DNA of 64,000 nt from Octopus sinensis (GCF_006345805.1 NC_043011.1:9548001-9612000), one strand, 5' to 3'; positions 11,712 through 25,299 are shown, numbered from the stretch's first letter. Program-made: numbers and translations. Notes: a model not told the origin generated them from the sequence alone.

Positions 11712-11993
11712 CACTTCGTTACCAGTGTCGCCTCGTTAACAGCATCGCTTTACTGGCAATGTAAAAACATTCGAGCGAGGTCGTTGCTAGTACCGCCTGA
11801 CTAGTCCCTGTGCTGGTGGCACATAAAAGCATCCACTACACTCTCAGAGTGGTTGGCGTTAGGAAGGGCATCCAGCTGTAGAAACTCTGCCAGATCAAGA
11901 TTGGAGCCTGGTGCAGCCATCTGGTTCGCCAGTCCTCAGTCATTCGTCCAACCCATGCTAGTAAGGAAAGCGGACGTTAAACGATGATGATGA

Positions 11994-11996
<3 letters not shown>
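11712..11996 (+). mobile_element. SINE with Meta-like GGAAGGGCATCC core and RTE-type (GAT)n tail
   Basis: ggttggcgttaggaagggcatccagctgtagaaac..cggacgttaaacgatgatgat. The tail is the same as that of the RTE fragments. Confidence 0.85.
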
Positions 11997-12032
<36 letters not shown>

Positions 12033-12588
12033 CACACATACATAGAGAAAAAGAGGCAGATGGACAGACAGTAATAATTTGTGTATTTCTTGGTTCACAA
12101 CTAAATTCTTTCAATGTTGGAAGAATGGAAGATAAAGTACCAACAATATACTGAGGTTGATACCATCGAATATATATTTATTCTCTTGAAGAATTAATCT
12201 TGTACCAATATTTTATTATGTTGATGTGATGTGGAATTAAATTTCTGAAATATTTACGAAGTGTAGCAATATTTTATGTCTCTACGGAGCAGCACAAAGT
12301 TCAACTGCATAAAGTGGCTGAAAAATAAGTTATTTCTTGGATAGGGAGCTAGTCTATTAGAAAGGACACTTTCCAAGGTTCCGACAACATTGAAGAAAGT
12401 TCACATCTTATGGAGTGTCTACTACAAATGCAGGACGTGGGGGTGGTGGTGATCATAAAGTTGATACAGGGCCTTAAATTTTGAAGAATTAAGTAAATGA
12501 CAAATGACTTCCTTTTGGTTAGGACATCACTCTCTCTCTCTCAGGATACATTACCAAGATATTTAATGTTATATCAGACATAGTCCAT

Positions 12589-12629
<41 letters not shown>

Positions 12630-13609
12630 ATAAAAATAATAATAATAATAATAATCCTTTCGGCTATATGCACAAGGCCTGAAATTTGGTGGGAGTGGAG
12701 TGCTCGACTGGCTCTTATCTCATTGACCCTGAAAGGATGAAAGGCAAAGTCCACCTTGGTAGAATTTGGACTTAGAATGCAAAGATGAACGAAATGCTGC
12801 TGATCATTTTGTCCAGTTTACTAAGAAGAAGAAGACCTGCAATGACCATTGTTGAGCAATGGAGTGCAGAGATCTTCAGACTCAGTCCCATTTAGGAATT
12901 ACTGCCCTTCTATATGGGATGGAACCCAGTTCAGTTTTTTTAGAAGGTTGCTCTGACTGGAGGTGCTTCCTAACACCGCTCAATTTACACACTTCATTCT
13001 AAAATGATTGAAATAACAAATAAAGAAATAAAAAATTCTGTGTAAAGGTCATAATTAGAGGATATGAGAGTAATTACATACTCCTGGGATAGGGTACCAG
13101 CCACTTCAAGATTAATTCTCCCGTAATTTGGTTCCTATTTCTAGCACTGGGTACAATCTTATGGATAGAACAACAAACACTTGTAGTAAAATCTGAATTC
13201 ATATCTGCTGGTAACTGAATATCACAGCTCTGGAAACTTCAACCACACTTACACACACACACGAATATATAGTAAAAATAAGACAACAAATTTTTTCAAT
13301 AATATTGTGTGTATGTGTGTGTGAATGTATGTGTGTGTGTGTGCGTGTATCTGTGTGTGTGTAGAAGAAAATGGGAAAGAGATGGGCGGCTAAAAATAAA
13401 TGTGAGTGGGTGGGGATCGCATGCAGTAAAATGTTTCAGTGCAATTAGTTGATATAACGAGGATGTTCTGAGAGTCGCCCAGCCACCCCACTTTCTTCAG
13501 CAACATGGAAATAAGTCGAGTATTGTTTGAAATTTGATTGCATGGAGAACAGATTATATATAACGGCAGATTCATCATCATCGTTGTTGCTATCATGATC
13601 ATGATGATG

Positions 13610-14245
13610 ATCATCATCATTTGATGCCCGTTTTCCCTGCTGGCATGGATGGACGGTTTGACAGATTCTGGTCAACTGAAGAGTTGCCTGAGTTTCATGT
13701 GTGTTTTGGCATAGTTGTTCTGCAGCTGGACGAGGCCCTTCCTAATACCAACCACTGGACTGGATGCTTTTACAAAGTGCAGGCATGGGTGCTTTTTACA
13801 TGGCACCAGCACCCACAAAGCCTGCAAAATTAGGAGTGCTCAGCTGAAGACGGATTTAGGGGACCTGCCTGAACGCAAGGACAACAACAATTTCACTTAG
13901 CTTCATGTGTCTTCTCTAACACATCAAACTGCCAAAGTCTCCATCTCTTGTAATCCCTTCTGTGAGGCCCAACATTTGAAGATCTTTTCTTACCACTTCA
14001 ACCCATGTCTTCTTGGCTCTACCCCTTCCACAGATTCATTCTGCAATGAGAGATCAGCACTTCTTGATGCAGCTATTTTCATGCCTACACATCACATGAC
14101 CATACTAGCACTGCCTCCTATCTTGCACACTACATCTGATGCCTCATACGCCCAGATTTTCTCTCAAAATCACTTACTCTCTGTTCTATATGCACACTGA
14201 CATTACCCATCCATCGGAACATGCCTGCTTCATTTCTTTCAACTA
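13610..14245 (-). mobile_element. RTE-clade LINE 3' fragment with tail
   Basis: The reverse strand reads ERNEAGM..YGHVM..KKC..GRGRAKKTWVEVVRKDLQMLGLTEG, followed by a tail ending in catcatcat on the plus strand. Confidence 0.85.
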
Positions 14246-14349
14246 CTGGCTTTATATATATATATATATATATATATAGTCAATCTGTGTGTATGTATGT
14301 ATATATGTATGTATGTATAATATGTATGTACACATATGTATGTATTGCA

Positions 14350-15130
14350 TGGCAGCAATAGACACCACTGATACTCAGAAAACAGATTCCATTACACTCC
14401 AGGGGAAGAAACTAGAAGTAGTTGATAATTTCTGCTACCTAGGTGACCAAGTTAGTAGTGGGTGTGGATGCTCAGAGAGTGTTACCACTAGAATAAGAAT
14501 AGCCTAGGCAAAGTTTAGAAAGCTTCTACCTCTACTGGCGACAAAGGGTCTCTCGCACAGAGTGAAAGGTAGATTGTACGATGCATGTGTACGTACTGCC
14601 ATGCTTCATGGTAGTGAAACATGGGCTGTGACTACAGAGGACATGCGTAGGCTTGAAAGAAATGAAGCTAGCATGATCCGCAGGATGTGTAATGTCAGTG
14701 TGCACACATGACAGAGTGTAAGCGCCCTGAGAGAAATGCTCGACATAAGAAGGATTGGATGTGGTGTGCAGGAGAGATGTTTGCATTGGTATGGTCATGT
14801 ACTACGAATTGATGAGGAGAGATGTGTGAAGAAGTGCCACTCCCAAACTGTTGAAGACATGGGATAAGGTGGTCAAGAATGACCTTCGAATGTTGGGCCT
14901 CACAGAGGGAATGATGAAAGATTGAGACTTCTGACAAATGGTATGACTACAAAGACCTGACAAATGAAGTGAGTTCATGACTCATGGGATGGCAGAGTGG
15001 TTGGCATTAGGAAGGGCATCCAGCTGTAGAAACACTGCCAGATCAGACTGGAGCCTGGTGCAGCCTCCTGGCTTCCAAGAACCCAGTAGAACCGTCCAAC
15101 CCAGGATAGCATGGAAAACGATGATGATAT
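14350..15130 (+). mobile_element. RTE-clade LINE 3' fragment with GGAAGGGCATCC-containing tail
   Basis: LEVVDNFCYLGDQVSSG..RIRIA*AKFRKLLPLL..RLYDACVRTAMLHGSETW..RLERNEASM..LHWYGHV, followed by a tail ending gatgat. Confidence 0.9.
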
Positions 15131-15134
15131 ATAC

Positions 15135-15203
<69 letters not shown>

Positions 15204-15475
15204 CATACATATATATATATGTATGTGTGTATATAAATATGTATATATGCATGTATGTATGTATATATAAGCATGTATGTATATATAAGCATCTATGTAT
15301 ATATATGCATGTATGTATATATATATATATATGTATGGATGTATATATGCATGTATGTATATATATATATATGTATATATATGCATATATATATGTATAT
15401 ATATGTATATATATATGTATGTATATATGTTATATATATATATATATAATATATATATATATGTGTATATATGTG

Positions 15476-15548
<73 letters not shown>
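15128..15548. repeat. Compound (TA)n/(TATG)n microsatellite
   Basis: Direct reading. Similar tracts lie at 3866-4050, 15958-16178, 36030-36155, 43765-43915 and 63665-63830. Confidence 0.95.
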
Positions 15549-15551
<3 letters not shown>

Positions 15552-15950
15552 CGCAGGAGTGGCTGTGTGGTAAGTAGCTTGCTAACCAACCACATGGTTC
15601 TGGGTTCAGTCCCACTGCGTGGCATCTTGGGCAAGTGTCTTCTGCTATAGCCCTGGGCCGACCAATGCCTTGTGAGTGGATTTGGTAGACAGAAACTGAA
15701 AGAAGCCTGTCGTATATATGTATATATATATAAGTTTGTGTGTATATGTTTGTGTGTCTGTGTTTGTCCCCCTAGCATTGCTTGACAACCGATGCTGGTG
15801 TGTTTACGTCCCCGTCACTTAGCAGTTCGGCAAAAGAGACCGATAGAATAAGTACTGGGCTTACAAAGAATAAGTCCCGGGGTCGATTTGCTCGACTAAA
15901 GGCGGTGCTCCAGCATGGCCGCAGTCAAATGACTGAAACAGGTAAAATAG
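15549..15950 (+). mobile_element. tRNA-derived CORE-like SINE, near full length
   Basis: ggcgcaggagtggctgtgtggtaag..gggttcagtcccactgcgtggcatcttgggcaagtgtctt (A box, B box, CORE-like motif). Confidence 0.85.
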
Positions 15951-16141
15951 TAAAAGATGTATGTATATATGTATATATAGATATGTATATATATATATGT
16001 ATATATATATATGTATATATATATATGTATATATATATGTGTATATATATATGTATGTATATATGTATATATATGTATGTATATATGTATGTATATATGT
16101 ATGTATATATGTATTTATATATGTATATATGTATGTATATG

Positions 16142-16174
<33 letters not shown>

Positions 16175-16177
<3 letters not shown>

Positions 16178-16380
16178 CATGTTGGATCGTTATGCCCTAC
16201 ACGCAATTTTTTTTCTCTCCTTGTTTCTTTTCTGTGTACCTTTCTGTCGAAGAGCGTAGGCTCGAAACGTAAAAGACTTGTTCTATTTCTATTCCTGAGC
16301 GCCATACTAATACATTGTTTGTTTGTACTCCACCTGCCTTCATCTTTTGTTTATTTTCGTAAACCTTCCCGTTATATATA
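16175..16380 (+). mobile_element. Penelope-like pseudo-LTR remnant inside (TA)n, containing a degenerate minimal hammerhead motif
   Basis: CTTT-CTGTCGA-A-GAGC-gtag-GCTC-GAAAC-GT-A-AAAG at 16240-16275, with TA repeats on both sides. Confidence 0.55.
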
Positions 16381-16401
16381 TATATATATGTATATATAAT
16401 A

Positions 16402-16438
<37 letters not shown>

Positions 16439-17128
16439 TTATTTTATCTATTTATTTTATTTTATTTTAATTTATCTAGTTTCAGCTCACGAGCTGTGGC
16501 CATGCTGGGGCACCACCATGTGGTGTTGCCACATGATTTTACTTCACGAATGCTTTTTAGCAATTCCCATTTGGTGCATGAGAGAGTTCGATGCAGCTGC
16601 CCTCATCTGCACCTCCTGCCGTGAAGTTGGTTCATCCGGGACACCTGACAGGAAGAGATCCATGGAAAATATAATGTGTAAAGAATTGTAATCATCAAAA
16701 GTGAAAAAACACACAGAGTCACAGAGGAGAATTGATCTCTGTACTAAACTGGCCCTTTATTGGCCCAAAACTGCCTGAGATTTGAATAAAGGGAACCGAA
16801 TAAATACTGTAAGGCTTTGCATTTGATGACAGATCAATGACTATGTCACGTCATCTACATGTGTGAGAGTGTGTATAAGTATATATGTATACACACACAC
16901 ACACACACACACATCATCATTCTTGTTTACAAGTCCATTTTCAATGCTTGCCTGAGTCAGATGGAATTTGTTGAGGCAGATTTTCTGTAGCTGGATGCCT
17001 ATCCTGTTGCCAACCCTCACCTGTTCCCAAAGGTAATATCCTCCCATAGCAAGAGATATTGTTCACAAAAGACTGGAAACAGCTCATTTGCAATCATCAT
17101 AAAATGTATAGACAAGAACATGCACAAA

Positions 17129-17174
<46 letters not shown>

Positions 17175-17719
17175 CATATGACCAATTTCTTTCAGTTTCT
17201 GACAACCAAATCCATTCACAAGTCTTTGGTCAGTCCACAGCTATAGAAGTCACTTGCCCATGGTGCTGTATAGTGGGACTGAACCCAAACTTCATGGTTG
17301 GGAAGCAAGCTTCTTAACCACACAACAGCATCTGTACCTACACACACACACTTATATATATGTAGCATCTCCATGTTTTCGTTTTACTTGATGATTATGA
17401 TGATCCACACCTTCAGTCCTTCCAGCATCTTGCTGCTCCCCCAATGTTCATGCATTGTGACTGGGGGTGGTGCATTCTGTTGCAGTAGACTGTCACTTAT
17501 GCAACCCATTATGGTGCATCCCACAAAGTGATTATCTGCTGAGCATAATCTTTGTCTCCAAAGAAGGTCAGAGATAATCTATGACTGTTTATCTCTAGGT
17601 CAGTCCAGCTCTGGGTATTTGGCCCTCCTCTTGAAGATCTGAATGTAAGATGGTAACACTTTGACCACATCCTGGTTTTTACTTTGGGATGGGAAGACCA
17701 GTAACAAAAAGAGAAAGTC

Positions 17720-18060
17720 TATGTGTGTCGCCTACTACCACTTGTGCTGGTGGCATGTGAAAAAACATTCAAGCAAGGTCGTTGCCAGTGCCACTGGACT
17801 GGCCCCCGTGCCAGTGGCACGTAAAAAGCACCATTTGAGTGTGGCTGTTGCCAGTACCGCCTGACTGGCCCTCATGCTGGTGGCACATAAAAGCACCCAC
17901 TACACTCTCAGAGTGCTTGGTGTTAGGAAGGGCATCCAGGTGTAGAAACTCTGCCAGATCAGATTGGAGTCTGGTGCAGCCATCTGGTTCGCCAGTCCTC
18001 AGTCAAATCGTCCAACCCATGCTAGCATGAAAAGCAAACGTTAAACGACGATGATGATGA
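17720..18060 (+). mobile_element. SINE with Meta-like core and (GAT)n tail
   Basis: Same family as the copy at 11712-11996. Confidence 0.85.
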
Positions 18061-18554
18061 TATAATGTGTGTGTGTGAGTGTGTGTATGGCAAGACGCTA
18101 TTGATTTTGATTCTAAAATGCTTGAATGCCAACTGTTGTAGACTATCTATTTCGGAATCTCACCTTTTGGAATAGGAAGATCACATTGATATGTTGTTAC
18201 TAATGACTACAGATAGATGGTGGTGGTGGTGGTGGTGGTGGTGGTAGTGTGAATGATGGTGATGATGATGGTGATGATAATGGTAGTGATGGGGGTGGCT
18301 GAAAGAAAGCTGCCTATGGCAGTAAACAACTGAAATAACCAATGGTGGTGGTGGTGTGTGTCGGGGTGGAAAGATGCTAAAATTGCTGTGAGAGAGAAAT
18401 GACTTCCAAATTGGAATTAAGGAATGAGAAAATGTCTTGCCTTCCTTCTACAATGTTTCTGAATAATTTCATTGAAAGTAATAAAATATGAGGGTTTAGG
18501 GAGTTGGTGGTGGTGTTGCAATTAGTGATGGTTGCAGTTGTGGTGGTGGTGGTT

Positions 18555-18586
<32 letters not shown>

Positions 18587-19352
18587 GGTGAATGCTATGT
18601 TGCAATTAGTGGTGATGGGGATGTTGAAAGTAGCTGTTTAGTTATCCTCACAACGTATCAAGGTTGCAAGGGTCTATAAATTTACAATAATAATCCTCAC
18701 TATTTGCGGTCATTCTCTTGTTAAATCACTCACTTTCGTCCTCCTCTGAACTGTGGAGGATACTTCCGTTTGGCTTACAACAGAAAATGTCCTGAAAGTT
18801 TTGATTGAGTATTGGTTCCTCACAGAAGGTAACTTGACTTGGAGGTGTTCATCCTTGTCCAAGGTACTGATACCACAGGTACAGTAAGTAAATGTTTTTA
18901 ATTTAGGTAGAAGACCAGGTAATTTTGAGGGGAAGGGTTAGTTGATACTATCAACCCCAATACTTGACTGGTACTTTATTTTATTGAAAGACACACGTGA
19001 CCTTGGTAGGATTTGAACTCAGAACTTAAAAAGCCAAAAGAAACATTGCAAGGCCTTTTGGCCAACACTTGATCAATTCTACAAATCCCTCATCCTGCTT
19101 GAAAGAGTAAATGGAATGATTCGGTTAATCCATTATCTGGTTTATCCTCCCCAACACATGTGCACACACACACCACCACCACCATCTCCTCTTCCTCCTC
19201 CTCCTCCTCCTGTATTCAGGCCAGATATGAGGATAATGTTTTCCTTCCCACCAAGGGCCATCACAGCTAACTTCTCCATCCCACTCTCATTGAACCATTG
19301 AGAAGAATTAGGAATTGCATCTTTGTCAGACTCAGCTAAATACAGAACTTAC

Positions 19353-19450
19353 TTTTCACTGAATGAGGTTAACAGAAGGAGGTTAACTCATACTCAGCCA
19401 CGGCGTTCGCTCTCACTCAGGACACTCAGTGCCACTCCTCACTCAACATC
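19353..19450 (-). promoter_or_regulatory. Candidate non-coding first exon or internal promoter
   Basis: Donor AAA|gtaagt at 19352, preceded by CpG-containing unique sequence gagtgagagcgaacgccgtggctgagt. The phase-0 frame has TGA just before the donor. Confidence 0.3.
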
Positions 19451-20221
19451 ATTAACACAAGTTCACAAGAAATATATGCAAACAATCTTCTGTTTTGTCT
19501 CCCTTCAGAATTATGTTTAAAGAATTTTACAGACAATAAATAAGCAACGTTGAAGAGAGGCACCAACAGACGAGAGAAGAGAGTTCAGCTAAGAAGCAGG
19601 AGAAATGCTTTCATCTATTCTATTCTCATCTCAACAACATACTGGCTCCTTTTTCCCCCCCTTTGGATTACTGTTGTTATTTGTTGTTGGTTATCTAAGT
19701 GTTTTAATCCAACCTCCATACATTGTAAATAAGAAAACACTTGTCCAGCTGCAAATGTTGACAGCTGCACACACACACACACACACACACATATAAAAGG
19801 TCATTGTAACAATGAGTTGAAGAAACAAATCTAATTTCATAAGAAAAAAGGAAACTGGAAGACGGGAAGACAATGAAAAGATGGCTCTTTGTATAGTGTG
19901 TGTGTGTGTGTGTTTTACTACGGAATCAGTGGAGTGAGATAAAGAAATGGGAAGCATGAAGCTATTATTAGCAGTAAAAGAAGATGGTTTACTTGTTCAG
20001 TTTCTACAAGGAGTATTATAATGGAAGGTAATCAAGGTAGAGATTTCTGAATGCATGGAAGAAGAATATCTGTAGAGTGTCACAACAATGAGTTGTTGGA
20101 GAGTGTAATGTTGGCCAGTAGAACATTCTAGAAATGAGGAAGAGTTTTGCAAATTGATGTCATTGATTGTGGGTCACCGAGTAAAAATATCAGCAAATAA
20201 CAAATATTTGATATGACACCT

Positions 20222-20480
20222 GAATATATATATCATCATCATCATCATCATTGTCATCATCATTTAACATCTGTGTTCCATGCTGGCATGGGTTGGATGG
20301 TTTGACAGGATCCAATGTATCCAAGGACTGCATCATACTCCAATGTCTGTTTTGGCATAGTTTCTTACAGCTGGATGCCTGTCCTAATGCCAACCACTCT
20401 AGAGCATGGTTTGGGTACATTTTTTCTCATACCACCAGCACTATTGAGGTCATCATGCAGCTTGTAGAACTGCAAACCCT
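20222..20480 (-). mobile_element. SINE with Meta-like core
   Basis: catcatcatttaacatctgtgttccatgctggcatgggttggatgg..ctggatgcctgtcctaatgccaacc. Confidence 0.8.
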
Positions 20481-21529
20481 GGGGCCGAGAAAGGCAACTT
20501 CATGCTAGTGGACAAAGGATTGAACTATGAGAAGTATGGTGGGGGAGGCAGTACGGGTTCTTTTAGGGGATCTGCATGGGGGTCACACATCTTGTAAGGG
20601 AAGGAGGAAAAGGAAGAGAAAATGGAACAGATGGAGCAGCAACAGAAGAATTAATGGCAATGAAGGGCCTGGATGGATCCCCAATGAAGAAGATGGGTTG
20701 AAGAATTTGTTTGAAAGATTGTAATGCAACTTTGTCTGTCCTCGGTCTGGGGCCCTCAAGCCAAACAGGTTGGACAAATTGCTTTCTTTTCCTTCCTCTT
20801 TTAAACACAACTCACGTATTTGTGGACATTCATATTTATATCCATATTTATATTTATATTTTGGGCATACATGCATTTGGAAGGAGAATTAGGGGATAGG
20901 ACACAGGGGTGGGAGGTAGACTGCCAAAATGTGTAGGGTTGAAGGGCAGACGAACAAGAAGCTATGAGTTGGGGGAAATAGAGGGATGCAGAAGAGAGTG
21001 TGGAGTGGCAAACAGCAGGAGTAGTAAAGATGATAGATGAGGAGGACATGAGAGGGGGATGGCATGGTTGGGAACTCTGCAGGGCTCAGTGGGAGCAGGA
21101 TGAAGAAACAAGCTTAAGGCATGGGAAATGGAATGATGAGTCTACTTTCTCCAATGGCCCCATGCTTTTCCTCTCTTCATATCCTTAAGGCATGGGAAAT
21201 GGAATGATGAATTACTGTAATGTGGATGGAGAGCAGAATACATGGCACCTGCAGAACCCAGTTTTGCTTACAAGGACAGGTCTTTTTGAGACCCTCTGCC
21301 TTCTCCTTTGTCAGGCTCAGGGTCCTGAGCTCAGCCATAACCACTTCACACCATGTTTTCCTGGAGCTCCTCCTTGCAAAAGTTCCTCCCACATTTAGAA
21401 AATGGCACTTCTTTATTCAGCTGTCCTCATCTGCACACATCATGTGTTCATACCAATACAGGCATTTCTCCTGTATTTGTTTTACTAGGAAGATTGCATC
21501 TGTGGTGCCTCTTTTGAAGACAAAACAAA

Positions 21530-21830
21530 ACTGCATCCGGATGGACCCACTCCTCTACCACAGATCTGTTGGGTTATAAGTTTCTTCATGACCTTCATAA
21601 CTTGATCTGCTTGTAGTAGATAGTTATCTGTCAGTCATTGGTAATGACATCTTCCTGGGTGACTTGATTAACCATCCAGGGGCTAATCTTGTATCCCACC
21701 TCCCCACATATTTTAAGCATATCTGAAACTTTCTCCAAAAGACCTGAAGTTTTCCTCTCTTCATATCCTTCATCACTTTAGCTATCACACTGCTGTCAAC
21801 TTGAATGGCAGGTCTGTCCACTGGATCAGC
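21530..21830 (-). mobile_element. RTE-clade LINE internal fragment (start of RT)
   Basis: The reverse strand reads PVDRPAIQVDSSVIAKVMKDMKRGK and resembles the RTE EGPAIRIDSS..KAIKDMK.GK region. Confidence 0.75.
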
Positions 21831-21987
21831 AGAAAAACATCACACAGTCTTTTTCTATCAAATACAATTATATTTTAATACTTCAAAATATAAATTTGGC
21901 AGACGTAAACAGAAAGAGTCTCATCATGTGTGTGTGTGTGTGTGTGCACAATGTAAGATCAACTCTTCGACCAGATGGCAGATTGTG

Positions 21988-22260
21988 TGAAGGCATGTGG
22001 CCTAAGGGTTATAGTGTTGCATACATGATCAGTAGGTAATGGGTTCAATTCCCAGACAAGGGACTGCATTGTGTTCTTAAGCAAGACACTTCATTTCACA
22101 GTGCTCTGTGATCATTTTGACATCTAATGTGTGGCACAGTTGTGCCACATGTGTGGGCAATGTCAGTTTGTGGAGAGAGTGAGCTTATGTAGCCACAGAC
22201 ATTTGATTATGAGAAGCAAATCGTTTGTGTGGTTGTTCATCAGTGAGAAATTGCACAACT
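21988..22260 (+). mobile_element. Older tRNA-derived CORE-like SINE
   Basis: gtggcctaagggttatag..gggttcaattccc..ttcttaagcaagacact. Confidence 0.7.
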
Positions 22261-23292
22261 CTCATCTGTTGCCTAACAACAAGAGTACATAATATTTGTG
22301 TGTGTATGTGTGTGCGTGCATGCATGTATGTGTGCATACATGCATGTATGTGTGTATGTAATGTAAACTGCATGTGTGTTTGTTTACACACAAAAGTCAC
22401 CAGCTACAAGCAGTTTGTTGTTACTTTACCTGTCAATAAATTGTCTGTTCATTTTGCCCCTTTGAAGATGTGAAATGAGAGATGTGATCCTTAGAGGAAC
22501 TGGTGAGGGTTCGGCAGAGCATCCAACTGTAAAGCAACACTTCAATAGTGTATTCTTCCAGCACACGGGGAAACAAACGTAAAAATGAATGAAGATAACA
22601 CCTAAGATGTAGGACATTGTACGAGAAGGTGGGAAATCATATGAAGGCAAGGTTTAGGATAGAGAATCCCTTAATGTGAAAAGGGTCAGAGACAGTGTGA
22701 ATATATTTAGAAATCAATATCATTTTATATATAGGTTTGCAATCAATAATCAACTGAAGAAGAAGAAGAAGAAGAAGAAGAAGAAGCTATATTCAGGTGC
22801 ATCAGTAACCATTTCATATATTTGTGTTTGTTAATTTAAACCTAATATTTCAAACAGGAGTATTCACACACTCACACACACACCCACACACACACACCAC
22901 ACACACACACACACTCACACACACACACACAGTTGTGGTTGTTATTAGCCCCCAGGTCACTCCTGGGGGCTAATAAAGACATTCCATCCATGGCCATTTG
23001 ATTTCTTTTATCAGGCATAATGTACCTGGGCTACATTATTCAATGTGACTTTGTTTTAGATATCACAAAAAACACGAGGGAAATTTTGCAGCTCTTTTCA
23101 TGAAATGAAGCAGCCCCCAAGGGTCTCCCTTATTGTACGCCTAGTTACGTGCAGGGAGAAGCAAATCAATGCTTTCAGTGATATTATTGTACTTCATCTA
23201 ACAACAAAACAGAGCAAAAATTAGTTGTGTAAACAAACATGTATGAGTGTGTGTCAGTCTGTTTGTCTACAAATGTGCATGAGTATTTATAC

Positions 23293-23685
23293 ACTAGCAG
23301 TATCACCCGGCGTTGCTGAGGTTTGTCTTGACCCTTTAGAATTTGAATTTTTGAAAAGTAAAAATTTTGCATTATGTAGCTTGTTATTCTCTTTAAGTGA
23401 ACATTTTTCTGGTTGAAATACACCGAAAAATGGCGACGCAGCAGTGAAAATATCGTAAAAAATAGGGATTTTCAGAGAAAAATAAAGCTCTTTTTTTATG
23501 TAAATAATTTTTGGTGTTAACATGGTCCGATTTGAATTTTATCTTCTATGGAAGAAAGAGCAAGCCTTCTTCTATCATACTTTCAATTTTGGTCAACTTG
23601 CGCTGCAGGGTCTCAGAGGAGATAGTGTTAGTTGAAGGCTTCCAAACCTGCCATACACAGACAACTTCAGCTTTATATATATAGG
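23293..23685 (+). mobile_element. Non-autonomous Helitron/Helentron-like element
   Basis: Begins ACTAGCAGTATCACCCGGCGTTGC and ends CTTCAGCTTTATATATATAG, resembling HINE/Lep1-type termini. No ORF. Confidence 0.5.
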
Positions 23686-25299
23686 GATATATATGCACTA
23701 GACACACCATATACAAACATATATTCACAATACACACACAGGTACATAAATACTTATTTTTCTCTCTATACACACACACACACACTCCCTCTGCATCTGT
23801 TGTGTGTGTATTAATAGGATGGCTACCCAATGTCTGTGGTTTAGTACCAGACTTGAAACCAGATGAAACATGTTGGATGTCACCTTTGAAGTATAAAATA
23901 ACACACTCTGCCTTGAACTACATTGAGTACTCTGTTTTGATTTCCAGGCACCTTGGCCATATGTTTAAGGTTGTCTGGTATATGTGTGTGTGTAGTAGTA
24001 GTAGTAGTAGTAGTAGTAGTGATGGCATATATAAAAAAGGAAAAAGTAATAGTTGCTGCGGTGTTGGTATTCAACACAAATAATTCTGAAACAAATCAAT
24101 GAAAATAGCCTTAAGATTAAATGAAATAATGGGGGGGGGGAATCTGATCTTTAATAAAAGAACATTTTTAATTAAAAATACTGAAGACCACCACGTATTG
24201 GAAGGGAGAAAGACATGGCCAGATTAGGGGTGTTTGATGTCGGCTGGAATTGAACTATTGACCGTGGTGTCTGTATTTAATCAATGGGAATTGAGAGAGA
24301 GAGAGAGGGATGATGTGTGTGTGTGAGAGAGAGAGAGAGCTGGAGATAGCGAAAAGTGCAGAAATACTAAAATAACAGCACAGATTAGATAAAGAGTTAT
24401 TCCCCTTAGATCATTTCGTACCTGGCTTTGACTTGTGTGTGTGTGTGTGTGCGAGAGAGAGAGAGAGAGAGGAGATGGAGACAATAATAATGCAATAACG
24501 AAGAGTAAAAATGGCTTAAGGAAAATCTTAAAAACCTAAAATAACGTCCAAATTTGTTTTATGTCTTTGTATGCGGTGGAGGTGTCCTTGTGCAGTCTGT
24601 TCGAGTGATTCTCTGGCCAAGAGAGATTGTGAACTCACAACTGCAAGTTTACCAAAACGCCAACATATTGCAGAGCACTGCCTCTGGTTAGACAACATAA
24701 CACTTTGTCAGAGACAGATAAACTTGTTAACTCCTGGCAACTGACCTGGCCCCCACTCTATATGTAATGTGTATATATGCGTGTCTGTGTGTGTGTGATT
24801 ATATGTACACACACACACGCACTGTTTCTTATATAACTGTGGAATATGGCAGAAATGAGGTAAGCCCCCCCCCCCACACCTTGTCAGGGACAGTAGGCAG
24901 CAACAGTTATACTTTGATCAGTCACCCCCACCACTACCCCCTTTCCCAAAACTAAGCTAACAACAGATCTGGGACATTGGCACAAACAACAATCCCAGAC
25001 AGTGAAGAAGTTGCTAGAAATAGAAGCCTTCCCCTAACATTGTTAGCCTTATGTCTAAATGAGAAACAGTTAATGGAAAGGAGAAACAGCTGAGTGGTGA
25101 AGAGTGTATGAAGAAATTCCAAGTGCATGGGTGACAGGTTCGATTCCAGAACAGACATTTTTTGAGTGTTGTTGTTGTTGTTGTGAAGAAACAGCCATTT
25201 CAAAAGACCAACATCTTTGATGAAAGGAAGGTTTAATGCTACAGAAAGTGGTGTAGAATATTCTCCTCAAGCGTTGACTCTCGTGAGAGAAATAACATT

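Noticed and set aside
14975-16400. Many overlapping YIYI/MYVC ORFs (also 3710-4140, 35803-36266, 37624-38327, 43653-44059, 63519-63978)
   Set aside because: Stop-free translations of TA, CA and TACA microsatellites.
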